Source: Pontiella sp.
GTDB lineage: Bacteria > Verrucomicrobiota > Kiritimatiellia > Kiritimatiellales > Pontiellaceae
Direction: 5' to 3'
NCBI GenBank assembly: GCA_050290185.1
Contig: JBNKHE010000011.1
Span: 35,677 to 99,676 of the forward strand
Length of the DNA stretch: 64,000 nucleotides
Below the pieces are notes generated by a model. The model ran no database searches, had not been told where the DNA came from, and saw only the letters and a program-made list of their open reading frames with translations. Of the stretch, positions 33,529 through 42,765 are shown one piece after another; the first letter of the stretch is position 1; every line of letters starts with the position of its first letter. Position numbers and translations under genes: made by a program.

Positions 33529-34629
33529 CTATTTGTTCAGGAACTCGATGCAGATGGGGCTGCCATCGAAGGGGAACTTGGTGCCGGTGAATTCGATTAG
33601 ACCGGTGGTTGGATCGACCTTGAAGAGCGTTATGTTGTGCGACTGCTTGCCGCCGACGAGCAACCACTTCCCGGAGGGATCGATATTGAAGTTGCGCGGA
33701 ATCCACACTTGGGCTGGAATGGTTTGCAGGCGTTGGAATCCTTCCTCGAATCGGGAGAAGACGCTGATAGAGTCACGGCCGCGGTCCTTTAGGTCGCGGT
33801 TGGAGGCATAAAGGAATTTCCCGTTGGGGTGGATACGGATTTCGGCGCCGGTCATCTCCGCCTTGTCGTAGCCGTCAGGCAGGGTCGAAACGGTTTTTAT
33901 GAATTCAAGTTGCCCGTCATTTGCGGCCTTGAAGATGGATATGCTGAGATCCAGCTCGTTGAGCACATAGGCAAGTTGTCCGTCGTCCGACCATTTCATA
34001 TGGCGGGGTCCCATGGAACCACCGGGAACAACCGCGGCACCTGCCGGTGTGATCGATCCGTTTTCCGCGTCCAATTTGTAGATCATGATCTTGTCGGTTC
34101 CGAGATCGGGCGCATAGGCATAGGTGTTGGCCGGATTCGGAGCAATGGAGTGGGCATGCGGGCCGGTTTGACGCTGGGCATGTTCACCGGTTCCTGTGTG
34201 CTGGCGGAACGACTTGGCCGCGGATAGCGAACCGTCTTTCCGGATCTGAAACGATGCAACCGCCCCGCTGTCATAGTAGGCCGCCATCAGGCATTGTCCG
34301 GTTTGGTCGACACTGACGTGGCAACAACCGCGGCCCTCCACGGCCTGCGTGTTGAGGAGGGACAGTGTTCCGTTATCGTTGATCCTGAATGCCGAGACGC
34401 CGGTCGAATAGAGAAATCGTTTGTTCGGATGGATCGCGATGAAACCCGCCCCCGTTGCTTCGACCGCCAGTACAGGCATTGTCAATGCGCCGGTTTTCGT
34501 ATCCAGATCGGCAACATAGATGCCTTTGCTGTCGCTTGTCCCAAAGTATACCCGGGAGGTTTGTGCACATGCGGTTGTTGCAAGTATGCCGGTCGCAATT
34601 GCGGCATGAACGAGCGGGTAGGTTTTCAT
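33529..34629 (-). CDS. Secreted lactonase (6-phosphogluconolactonase/cycloisomerase family beta-propeller)
   Basis: Signal peptide, 'PHAH', 'DLGTDKI', 'GPRH', 'YASNR' and 'PRNFNID'. Confidence 0.88.
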   Translation of the reverse strand: MKTYPLVHAAIATGILATTACAQTSRVYFGTSDSKGIYVADLDTKTGALTMPVLAVEATGAGFIAIHPNKRFLYSTGVSAFRINDNGTLSLLNTQAVEGRGCCHVSVDQTGQCLMAAYYDSGAVASFQIRKDGSLSAAKSFRQHTGTGEHAQRQTGPHAHSIAPNPANTYAYAPDLGTDKIMIYKLDAENGSITPAGAAVVPGGSMGPRHMKWSDDGQLAYVLNELDLSISIFKAANDGQLEFIKTVSTLPDGYDKAEMTGAEIRIHPNGKFLYASNRDLKDRGRDSISVFSRFEEGFQRLQTIPAQVWIPRNFNIDPSGKWLLVGGKQSHNITLFKVDPTTGLIEFTGTKFPFDGSPICIEFLNK

Positions 34630-34643
34630 GGAGTGCTCCGGGC

Positions 34644-35186
34644 TCATTGATGGAAAGTGACTTTGGCGATGTGGGGGAGTTCGCGGTAGAGATTGTCGTA
34701 GTCGAGGCCGTAGCCGACGACGAAATGGTCGCCGATGGGGAAGCCGGCGAAGTCGGCTTCGAGCTCGACGGCACGATGCGCCTGCTTGTCGAGCAGGACG
34801 CAGGTCTTGACCGATCTTGCACCGCGCTTCAGCAGAAGTTCCTTGGTGAAAGCCAGTGTGCGACCGGTATCGAGGATGTCGTCGACCAGCAGAATGTCAG
34901 CCCCTTGGATGTCTTCGCGGATGTCGTGGATGATGCCAACCGTGCCGGAAGAAACCGTGCCGGATCCATAGCTGGAGAGGGTGAGAAAGTCGATGCGCGG
35001 ATGGACGTTGTGGCGGTGCAGGCTGCGCATGAGATCGGCTAGGAACATAAAGCTTCCCTTGAGGATGCCAATGACGACGAGATTGCGCGGTTGGGCAGTG
35101 GCTGCGATATCATCGACCAGCTCGTCGACGCGCTTCGCGATGGTTGTTTTATCGATCAGGATTTCTTTTACATCGTGCGCTCGCAT
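34644..35186 (-). CDS. hpt: Hypoxanthine phosphoribosyltransferase
   Basis: Motifs ILKGSFMFLADL, LSSYG, VDDILDTGRTL and FVVGYGLDY. Confidence 0.95.
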   Translation of the reverse strand: MRAHDVKEILIDKTTIAKRVDELVDDIAATAQPRNLVVIGILKGSFMFLADLMRSLHRHNVHPRIDFLTLSSYGSGTVSSGTVGIIHDIREDIQGADILLVDDILDTGRTLAFTKELLLKRGARSVKTCVLLDKQAHRAVELEADFAGFPIGDHFVVGYGLDYDNLYRELPHIAKVTFHQ

Positions 35187-35231
35187 GGGGTAGCCTCCGC
35201 GTTTTCGAAGAAGGTAGAACAATCGGAATGC

Positions 35232-35259
35232 CGACAAAATGATATTGGACAGAATAATT
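35232..35259. repeat. Half-copy of the 15-bp-period GACAAAATGATT family
   Basis: CGACAAAATGATATTGGACAGAATAATT resembles both arms of 55479-55555. Confidence 0.6.
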
Positions 35260-35260
35260 T

Positions 35261-35321
35261 CGTGATGAGTGACGATTGAGGCGTGAACGGAAGAATCACG
35301 GCTCACTCTTCTCGACTCACG
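35261..35321. repeat. Heptamer-family palindromic element
   Basis: CGTGATGAGTGACGATTGAGGCGTGA (23/26 identical to 6210-6235) followed by TCACGGCTCACTCTTCTCGACTCACG. Confidence 0.75.
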
Positions 35322-35344
35322 CATTCAAACCGGAGGTTTGACTC

Positions 35345-36652
35345 ATGAAGGTACGTACACGTTTTGCACCAAGCCCGACGGGCCATGTTCATATTGGCAA
35401 CATGCGCGCGGCGATCTACAACTGGCTGTTTGCCCGCCACCACGGCGGCGAGTTTTTGCTGCGGGTGGAGGATACCGACCGCGAGCGCTCGACGCCGGAG
35501 GCGATCCAGACGCTGCTCGAAGCGATGGAATGGCTGAAGCTGGACGTGGATGGCGAACCGCTTTACCAGAGCACCCGCATGGAGGCGCATCTGGCCGCTG
35601 CCGAGAAGCTTCTCGAAAAGGGGCATGCCTACAAGGAAGACAAAGGCGGTCTGGGGCAGGGCGAGTGCGTGATCTTCAAGATGCCCGGCAAGAACATTTC
35701 CTTCGAGGACGGTATTAAAGGCACGCTGACCAAGGCGACGGAAAACATGCAGGATTTCGTGATTGTCCGCTCGAACGGCACGCCGGTATTCCATCTGGCC
35801 AACGTACTCGACGATATCGAGCAGGGCGTGACGCATGTGATCCGCGGCGACGACCACGTGGAAAACACCTTCCGCCATATTGCCCTTTACGAAGCGCTCG
35901 GCGCCGATGTGCCGAAGTTTGCGCACCTTCCGATGATCGTAAATGCACAGGGCAAACCGTATTCCAAGCGCGATGGGGATGCCTTCGTGGGCGACTTCCG
36001 CGAAAAGGGGTTCCTGCCCGAAGCGCTGTTCAACTATCTGGCGCTGCTGGGCTGGTCGCCCGGCGATGATCGTGAAGTAATGGCTATCGAGGAAATGGTC
36101 GAAGCATTCGAGCTCGAACGCTGCCAGTCGTCGCCGGCGCAGGTCGACCTGAAGAAGCTGACATGGATGAACGGCGAATACATGGCCAAGCTGCCAATCG
36201 ATGAGTTCTCGGCCATTTGCTTTGGCGAGCTGGAAAAGGCGGGCATTGATGCGGAGCCTGAATATGCCGAAAAGGTGTTTGGACTGGTGCACGAGCGCGT
36301 GAAAACCGTCGCCGATGTGGTGCCGATGGTTTGCTACTTTTTTTCAGATGACTATGAGTACGACGCCAAGGCCGTCAAAAAGAAGCTGCAAAAGGACGGC
36401 GTTGTCGAAATGCTCGGAAAAGTTCGGGAAATATTTGAAGCGCTTCCGTCCTTCGACATCGCCAGCACCGATAAGGCTCTGCACGATTTCGTCGAACAGT
36501 CCGGTCTCGGTTTTGGCGCAGTCATGCCGCCGGTGCGTATCGCCGTGTCCGGTTCACAGTCCGGTCCCGACCTGTTTCCCATATTGGCGGTTCTCGGCCG
36601 CGAACAGGTGCTGAAACGTATTGACCGGACGGTGGAGCGTTATCTGGTCTAG
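35345..36652 (+). CDS. gltX: Glutamate--tRNA ligase
   Basis: RFAPSPTG-HIGN, LRVEDTD, THVIRGDDH and SKRDG motifs, plus an anticodon-binding domain. Confidence 0.93.
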   Translation: MKVRTRFAPSPTGHVHIGNMRAAIYNWLFARHHGGEFLLRVEDTDRERSTPEAIQTLLEAMEWLKLDVDGEPLYQSTRMEAHLAAAEKLLEKGHAYKEDKGGLGQGECVIFKMPGKNISFEDGIKGTLTKATENMQDFVIVRSNGTPVFHLANVLDDIEQGVTHVIRGDDHVENTFRHIALYEALGADVPKFAHLPMIVNAQGKPYSKRDGDAFVGDFREKGFLPEALFNYLALLGWSPGDDREVMAIEEMVEAFELERCQSSPAQVDLKKLTWMNGEYMAKLPIDEFSAICFGELEKAGIDAEPEYAEKVFGLVHERVKTVADVVPMVCYFFSDDYEYDAKAVKKKLQKDGVVEMLGKVREIFEALPSFDIASTDKALHDFVEQSGLGFGAVMPPVRIAVSGSQSGPDLFPILAVLGREQVLKRIDRTVERYLV

Positions 36653-36679
36653 CGGTATTGTATAAAAAGGGGGCGTGAT

Positions 36680-37561
36680 GTGAAAAAGGGATTGGTGGCT
36701 TCCGGGGTGGTGTTGCTGGTGGTCGCCCCGCTGATCGTAGTTATGGGAACAGTCTACACGCTGATGCTTCCCAATATATACTCGTCGAGCGCGACCATTG
36801 CCGTGACAGAAAGCCAGGACCTCGATCCCTTTAGCTCAGGAAACGGTAATTACCCCGCCTACAATCCTTATTATCTGCGCACGCAATTCGAGATTCTCCA
36901 ATCGAGACCCATACTGAACTCCGTAATCAACCGCCTCAATCTTCAGGAAAAATGGGGCATGGATGGGACAAAGCTTCCTCGCGAGGTTTCCCTTCAAATC
37001 CTCCAAAAAAGCATTACGGTTATCCAAGACCGGGATACAACGCTTATTAGGATAATCGCAAAACGGGACAATCCGGAAGAGGCGGCCGTGATTGCCAATG
37101 AATTGGCGGAAACCTATCGTGACTATCAACTAGATGAAATATCGAAGAAAAAACGCACGATGCTGGATCGTATTGATGCGGCGATGAAAGAACAGGCGCA
37201 ACGGGTTCTTGATGTGGAGCAGCGGGTTTCCGGGGTTCGCCAGAGCTATGAATTTCCTGCAAATCCTGAAAGAGAGGAATCAATAGAATTGCGCAAGGCC
37301 AAGGCCGACTTGGAGAATGAGCGTTTGATCTACGATCAGCTCAACAAGCGCATGAAGCAGGAAATCGCAATGATGGGCGTTCCTGGCAATCCGGTAGAGA
37401 TCATCGATGCGGCCGAACCCAACCGGCGTCCGGTGAGTCCCAATCTATTTATGAACACGATTTGTTCCGTTGTCGTTGCCGGGGGTGTCGGTCTAGTGGG
37501 CCTGGTGTTGCTATTGGTCGGATTGCGGCGAAAGGGTGTGCCGCCACCCATTCCTATGTAA
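36680..37561 (+). CDS. Wzz/GumC-like chain-length determinant domain protein
   Basis: TM helix - periplasmic domain - TM helix; 'TQFEILQS' and 'VEIIDAAEP..RPVSPN'. Confidence 0.7.
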   Translation: MKKGLVASGVVLLVVAPLIVVMGTVYTLMLPNIYSSSATIAVTESQDLDPFSSGNGNYPAYNPYYLRTQFEILQSRPILNSVINRLNLQEKWGMDGTKLPREVSLQILQKSITVIQDRDTTLIRIIAKRDNPEEAAVIANELAETYRDYQLDEISKKKRTMLDRIDAAMKEQAQRVLDVEQRVSGVRQSYEFPANPEREESIELRKAKADLENERLIYDQLNKRMKQEIAMMGVPGNPVEIIDAAEPNRRPVSPNLFMNTICSVVVAGGVGLVGLVLLLVGLRRKGVPPPIPM

Positions 37562-37567
37562 AGCAAA

Positions 37568-37987
37568 TCAGGGCCGGTTACGGCAGCGGTCGGCAGGGAC
37601 GGAGAGGCGTTTGAGCAGGAAATCCTTGAATTCCTGGGGATAGTCCTGCAGTTCGAGCGCTTTTTTCATGCAGAGCAGCCATGCTTCCTTTTCCGGGGTT
37701 CCGATGGGGATGTGCGCGTGGGCGGGGGCGAGCAGGATGGGGCCGTATTCCTCTTCATAGCGTTCCGGACCATTCATGTAGCCGCAAAGAAAGAGGCCCA
37801 GCTTTCGTCGTGATTCGGTTAGATCAGCCGGGTGCAGGGAAAGAATATGCTTCGCTTCCGGCAGGTTTTGCATTTGGTCGTAGAAATCGTTCGCCAGTTT
37901 CGCGCAGCCTTCTTCGCCGCCGGCTATCTGGAACTGGGTGTTGCCTTCGCGATAGTGCTCATGGAGCTTTTCAAGTGTTTCGGACAT
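37568..37987 (-). CDS. Group II truncated haemoglobin
   Basis: 'GGEEGCAKLANDFYD', 'FLCGYMNGPERY', 'HAHIPIG' and 'AWLLCM'. Confidence 0.88.
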   Translation of the reverse strand: MSETLEKLHEHYREGNTQFQIAGGEEGCAKLANDFYDQMQNLPEAKHILSLHPADLTESRRKLGLFLCGYMNGPERYEEEYGPILLAPAHAHIPIGTPEKEAWLLCMKKALELQDYPQEFKDFLLKRLSVPADRCRNRP

Positions 37988-38016
37988 GGATACCTCACTA
38001 ATTCAGTACTATATAA

Positions 38017-38313
38017 TCATTGATTGAGCAGTTGTTCAATGGTTTTAAGTATCTCCGGCACATCGGACTGCTTGACCTGAGTCAGCCATGTTCCCTGGGG
38101 GTAGATCATGACATTGGGACCGACGCCGCAAACGCCTAGGCATCCGGAGTCGGAAACACGAACCGAACCTTTCCACCCGCGGTCATTGATTTCATCCTTC
38201 AGCAAGGCTTTGATATCGGCGCTCTCGCCATCCCCGCAGGACTTGCGTTCTCCGCCGCGGGATTTGGTGCATACAAAAACATGGCATTTATAAGGGGGTT
38301 TTCTGGCTTTCAT
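38017..38313 (-). CDS. Thioredoxin-like [2Fe-2S] ferredoxin
   Basis: HVFVC...SC and GCLGVCGVGPNVMIYP motifs. Confidence 0.9.
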   Translation of the reverse strand: MKARKPPYKCHVFVCTKSRGGERKSCGDGESADIKALLKDEINDRGWKGSVRVSDSGCLGVCGVGPNVMIYPQGTWLTQVKQSDVPEILKTIEQLLNQ

Positions 38314-38542
38314 ACAAAGGGCTCCTTTTTGTTTTTAAAAACACGCCCAGACTGATAATCGATTACGGGAATTGAAAGCCTAAAAAACAAGACCTTGTTG
38401 AAAACCTGGACAGATGGGCAGAATGAGCTCCTATCCAACCGGAGATGGTTGACGGCAGTGCGGCATACAGGTAGATTGGCGCAAAACATGCGTCATATTG
38501 GCTGTGTTTTCGGATGGGGTATCCGATATCGAAGGGAGTTGC

Positions 38543-39871
38543 ATGTTTGGTTTTTCCAGCAAGGTAGATCATAAGGAAGTGAGTATTCCTCCGGGGGATA
38601 TTGACGAGGTTGTGTTCTGCGTTTTCGATGATAAACACCGATTGCTGCACCATTTTAGTTCGGGGGATGATTTTGCGGAAAGGACGGAATATTTTCGGTT
38701 TCTGAACGTCCCCGAACGGGCTTTCGAGAACTGTGTCGTGCGGGAAGCCGTTGAAACCGGCCGTCCAGCATGTGTTTCGGTGGATTACGGGGATGGAATG
38801 AAAAAATGCCTGCATGTTCTTCCATACGAACGGAAACATGGGAAACATCGCTATGCCTGTTTTCAGATAGGGAGCGGCAACACGGGGCAGGATAAAGCCG
38901 AATCTGGAAAGGGATGTACGCTGATTCAGGATCGCTTTTGCCTGCTGCTGGTCGATCCCTCCAACACAATCCATTCAGCGAGCTCCAACGTGCCCAAGTC
39001 TTTCGGGTATTCGTCTCCAAATCTGACCGGTATGAATCTGTCCGATCTTTTTTCCTTGGTTGATCTTGAGGTTATCAGGTCTTGTTCTACGGACACCAAC
39101 GACGCGATTTTCAGCTGTGTCTTCTATTGTCTCGATGGTGCAAGAAGAGAAGTGGAGATCAAAAAATACTCCGCGCCGGACCATTTTACGCTCTATACGA
39201 TTATTGATATTACGCCTCCACAGTTTACCGAGGAGATCTCGCAGATCGCGACCCGCGAACGCCGCCGCATCGGGCAGGACCTGCACGACTCCATCGGGCA
39301 GCTCCTCACAGGGATCAGCCTGTTGAGTCGCTCTCTGGCCAACAGCCTGAAGAGGGTGGGTAATGCAGGGGATGCCGATGCGTCCCAGATTTCGGCCTTG
39401 GCCGACGAGGCGAGCAACCAGATCAGGCAGATATCGCGCGGGTTGATGCCCTCGGAAATTGTTCAGAGGGGGCTGCTTGACTCGCTGCGCGAGCTGGCAC
39501 GCAACACCACCAGCAGTTGCGGCATTCTGTGCATGGCGCGTCTGGACGATACGGTTGAGTTCGCGGATGGTGCCGTGGAAACCCATCTCTACCGGATTGC
39601 GCAGGAAGCGGTCAACAATGCGGTCCGTCATGCAGAAGCATCGCGGATTGAAATTGTCATATCGAAACAGAATGATGCTTCCCGCTTGGAAGTCATCGAT
39701 AACGGGACCTGGAAGGGATTGCTCGAAAACACGGATGGAATCGGGATGAAAACCATGGAGTACAGAGCCTCGGCGATCGGCGCCCACTTGAAGGCGGGAT
39801 CGGATCCGAGCGGGGGATCCCGTGTGGTTTGTGTTCTGGAAACGGACGATCTAATGGCAGTAAGGGCGTAG
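38543..39871 (+). CDS. Cytoplasmic sensor histidine kinase (NarX/UhpB-type HisKA_3) with PAS-like input
   Basis: H-box ERRRIGQDLHDSIGQLL, LYRIAQEAVNNAVRHA and GIGM; no TM helix. Confidence 0.9.
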   Translation: MFGFSSKVDHKEVSIPPGDIDEVVFCVFDDKHRLLHHFSSGDDFAERTEYFRFLNVPERAFENCVVREAVETGRPACVSVDYGDGMKKCLHVLPYERKHGKHRYACFQIGSGNTGQDKAESGKGCTLIQDRFCLLLVDPSNTIHSASSNVPKSFGYSSPNLTGMNLSDLFSLVDLEVIRSCSTDTNDAIFSCVFYCLDGARREVEIKKYSAPDHFTLYTIIDITPPQFTEEISQIATRERRRIGQDLHDSIGQLLTGISLLSRSLANSLKRVGNAGDADASQISALADEASNQIRQISRGLMPSEIVQRGLLDSLRELARNTTSSCGILCMARLDDTVEFADGAVETHLYRIAQEAVNNAVRHAEASRIEIVISKQNDASRLEVIDNGTWKGLLENTDGIGMKTMEYRASAIGAHLKAGSDPSGGSRVVCVLETDDLMAVRA

Positions 39872-39874
39872 CAT

Positions 39875-40570
39875 ATGGGAACCGGGAAAAAGAAGAGTAC
39901 GGCGAGCCGTGAGCTAAAAAAACAGCAGGTTTATCTGGTGGATGATCATCCCATTGTTCGTCAGGGACTGGGCAAGCTGCTTGAGCAGGAAGAGAATCTG
40001 GAAGTCTGTGGAGAGGCCGGCAATGTTCCGGATGCGCTGGCCGATATCCGGAAGCTGGATCCCGATGTGATACTGGTCGACATCTCTTTGGAGGACTCCA
40101 ACGGCCTTGAGCTGATCAGGAAGATCGATGATCTGGGATTGCAGATTCCTATGCTGGTTCTGTCGATGCATGATGAATCGCTTTATGCTGAACACGCGTT
40201 GAGGGCGGGGGCTAGTGGCTATGTTATGAAGCAGGCGGCGGCCACGACCCTGATTCAGGCGATCGAAAAAGTACTTGAGGGCGAGATCTATGTGAGCAAA
40301 ACCATGTCTTCACAGATGCTCAAAATGGCTTTCCGGAGTGGTGGAGAAGATCCGAAAACCGGCGCGGAATTGCTGAGCTTGCGTGAGTTGGAGGTTTTTG
40401 AGCTGATCGGTAGAGGCAATTCCACGCGCGAAATTGCCGACCAGCTCAGCCTCAGTATTAAAACGATCGAAACCTACCGGGCGCATATCAAGGATAAGCT
40501 ACAATTGCGCAGCGGTACGGAACTGATGCAGCGCGCCATCCATTGGGTTGAAAACGATTCCCATCGATGA
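39875..40570 (+). CDS. NarL/LuxR family response regulator
   Basis: VDDHPIVRQG, VDISL, LSMHDE and GYVMK motifs; HTH LSLRELEVF...KTIETYR. Confidence 0.95.
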   Translation: MGTGKKKSTASRELKKQQVYLVDDHPIVRQGLGKLLEQEENLEVCGEAGNVPDALADIRKLDPDVILVDISLEDSNGLELIRKIDDLGLQIPMLVLSMHDESLYAEHALRAGASGYVMKQAAATTLIQAIEKVLEGEIYVSKTMSSQMLKMAFRSGGEDPKTGAELLSLRELEVFELIGRGNSTREIADQLSLSIKTIETYRAHIKDKLQLRSGTELMQRAIHWVENDSHR

Positions 40571-40574
40571 TGGA

Positions 40575-40600
40575 CGTGAAGAGTGACGATTGATCCGTGA
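40575..40600. repeat. Heptamer-family element, left arm
   Basis: CGTGAAGAGTGACGATTGATCCGTGA, just after the response regulator stop codon. Confidence 0.7.
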
Positions 40601-40867
40601 TCTTTTCTTGTCGGTAGGCAATGCCGGGCTGGACCATCGTAGCAACTGGCAATCCTCTATCCGCCTCTTATCGGGGATTCCCCTATAGAGCATTTCTGTT
40701 ATTCCCTCACCAAGGATCAGGGAATGGTGGATGAAACTTTCAGCCGTTACCCGTCTTGCGGAATTTCAATCCTCGAGCAACCCTATAAGCGTGCCGGGAA
40801 GAGGTATGGACGTACCTCAGTTTAAAAGGGCGATTAAAAAGAGTTAATAAGGATGGTCGACAATAAT

Positions 40868-40883
40868 TGGCATAAAGGTTGCT
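40868..40883 (+). promoter_or_regulatory. Sigma-54 (-24/-12) promoter of the pilus operon
   Basis: TGGCATAAAGGTTGCT is a near-consensus TGGCAC-N5-TTGCW site, about 33 bp before the secretin start. Confidence 0.7.
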
Positions 40884-40916
40884 AAACTGTGCGTGCGCTT
40901 AACCAATAAGGAGAAT

Positions 40917-42710
40917 ATGATGAAGAAGCAACTAAGCAATACCTATGCAATGGTCCTTATGATGGGGATCATCATAATGTTCACGCTCGGTGTTATGAAA
41001 GCATCGGCGCAGCAACCTGCGGCCTCGAACCCCAATTCAGAATTGATCGACCCCGGCGTTGACGTCAACTCCTCGGAATACGTAACGATTAACGTTAAAA
41101 ATGCGAACATATCTGAAGTTCTCAAGGCCTATTCCTTGCAGACCGGCCAAAGCATTGTCGTTGGGCCCGACGTGGTATCTGATAACGTAAACGTACGTCT
41201 CAACAATATTCCCTGGCAGGATGCCTTGGACGTAATCCTGAAGCCCTACGGTTTTGGTTACCGTGTGGTGGGCGACACTATTGTGATCAGCAAGCTGGAA
41301 AACATCGTAACGGTTGAAGGTATCGAACCCTTGGTGTCAAAGGTTTTCACCCTGCAATACGTGGATGCATATGACATCAAAGAAGTTTGCGAGGCGCAGC
41401 TCAGCAGTCGTGGAAAGCTCTCCATCATGAAGAATAAAGGGCTTCCCGGATGGGAGTTTGGCGGGGGAAGCGCCCAGGGTTCTGGTGCAAACAGCAGCCA
41501 GACCGGCTTGGGCGTGGTGAAGCGCGAAGAGCGTTCTTCGATCGAAAAGAGCAAAAAACTGATCATTACCGACGTGCCTTCCAACGTTTCCCAGATTGAG
41601 AAGGTTATAGACGCCCTGGATCTGGCACCTTCGCAGGTCTTGATCGAAGCACGGTTCATCGAGATCAGTACGGACGACCTTAAGGATATGGGGTTGGATT
41701 TCGCCACCGGAGTCAATGGTCTGAACACCGCCGGAGTGCAGGTTTCGAACGATGGCAATAATCGGTGGGGTGTGGAAAAGAATGATTCACTTGCTCTTTC
41801 TCCGCCGGCATTCGATCCGGCCTCTGAGAGCTTGAGCAGTTCGCTCCCTTACAATTCGGGGCTGCAACTCCTCTTTTCGCGCATTGGCGGCGAAAATTTC
41901 GAAGTCATGCTTCACGCCTTGGAGGAGAGCGGCGTTGCCAATGTTCTTTCCGCTCCGCGCGTGCTGACGCAGAACAACCAGGAAGCGGCCATTCTCGTTG
42001 GTGAAAAGTTCCCTATCATCGAGTCGCAAAGCAATTCGGGCGGATCGGGAAACAACGTAACCTCCACCACACTGAAGTACTACGAAAACATCGGAATTCA
42101 GCTCAATGTCATTCCGCAGGTCTGTGCCGACGGTCATATCAACATGATCGTCCATCCGGTGGTCAGCTCGATCGATGGTTTTGAGCAGGGCGTTGTCAGT
42201 ACCGGTGCGGATTCCGGTGCGCTGACGCGTTATCCTCGCTTGAAGGTCCGCGAAGCCCAGACGCAGATTCTTCTTAAAAGCAAGGATACCGTAGCTATCG
42301 GCGGATTGCAGAACGAAGTTTCGCGTAGTAGCGAATACAAGGTTCCGGTGCTGGGAAACCTGCCGTTTCTGGGACGTTTGTTCCGCCGTGAAACCCATAC
42401 CACCAAGAAGATTGATCTGCTGATTCTGATCAAAGCGACCACAGTTGATCGTGTTGCCTATGCCCAGGAGTCGATTGACGCCCAGCAAGCCAAAGAGCTT
42501 TCCATGGGCATGGCTGAAGAAATGCCTCTTACCGAAATGACCGAAGCAGACGCCGTGGTCGTGAAGGCGAAACCGGTCGAAGAGGTTGTGGTCACGGAGG
42601 CTTCCGACGAACCGGCGGCGATGCAGGATAACAGTTCCGTCGAAAACGATGAAATCCTGGCGATGGTTCGCAGCATGGATGCCCCGACGAACACGGTAGA
42701 CAGCGAATAA
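40917..42710 (+). CDS. Secretin (PilQ/GspD family)
   Basis: Signal peptide, N domains, 'QVLIEARFIE', 'LSAPRVLTQNNQEA' and 'KVPVLGNLPFLGRLF'. Confidence 0.92.
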   Translation: MMKKQLSNTYAMVLMMGIIIMFTLGVMKASAQQPAASNPNSELIDPGVDVNSSEYVTINVKNANISEVLKAYSLQTGQSIVVGPDVVSDNVNVRLNNIPWQDALDVILKPYGFGYRVVGDTIVISKLENIVTVEGIEPLVSKVFTLQYVDAYDIKEVCEAQLSSRGKLSIMKNKGLPGWEFGGGSAQGSGANSSQTGLGVVKREERSSIEKSKKLIITDVPSNVSQIEKVIDALDLAPSQVLIEARFIEISTDDLKDMGLDFATGVNGLNTAGVQVSNDGNNRWGVEKNDSLALSPPAFDPASESLSSSLPYNSGLQLLFSRIGGENFEVMLHALEESGVANVLSAPRVLTQNNQEAAILVGEKFPIIESQSNSGGSGNNVTSTTLKYYENIGIQLNVIPQVCADGHINMIVHPVVSSIDGFEQGVVSTGADSGALTRYPRLKVREAQTQILLKSKDTVAIGGLQNEVSRSSEYKVPVLGNLPFLGRLFRRETHTTKKIDLLILIKATTVDRVAYAQESIDAQQAKELSMGMAEEMPLTEMTEADAVVVKAKPVEEVVVTEASDEPAAMQDNSSVENDEILAMVRSMDAPTNTVDSE

Positions 42711-42765
42711 TGTTCGTACCGTGCAGAGAAGGTGAGAGACATACCAGCTTAAGAGATGATACGTT

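Noticed and set aside
40700..40760. c-di-GMP riboswitch upstream of the pilus operon
   Set aside because: No convincing GEMM P1/P2 (GNRA loop plus receptor) or class II consensus is visible by eye; an Infernal search would be decisive.
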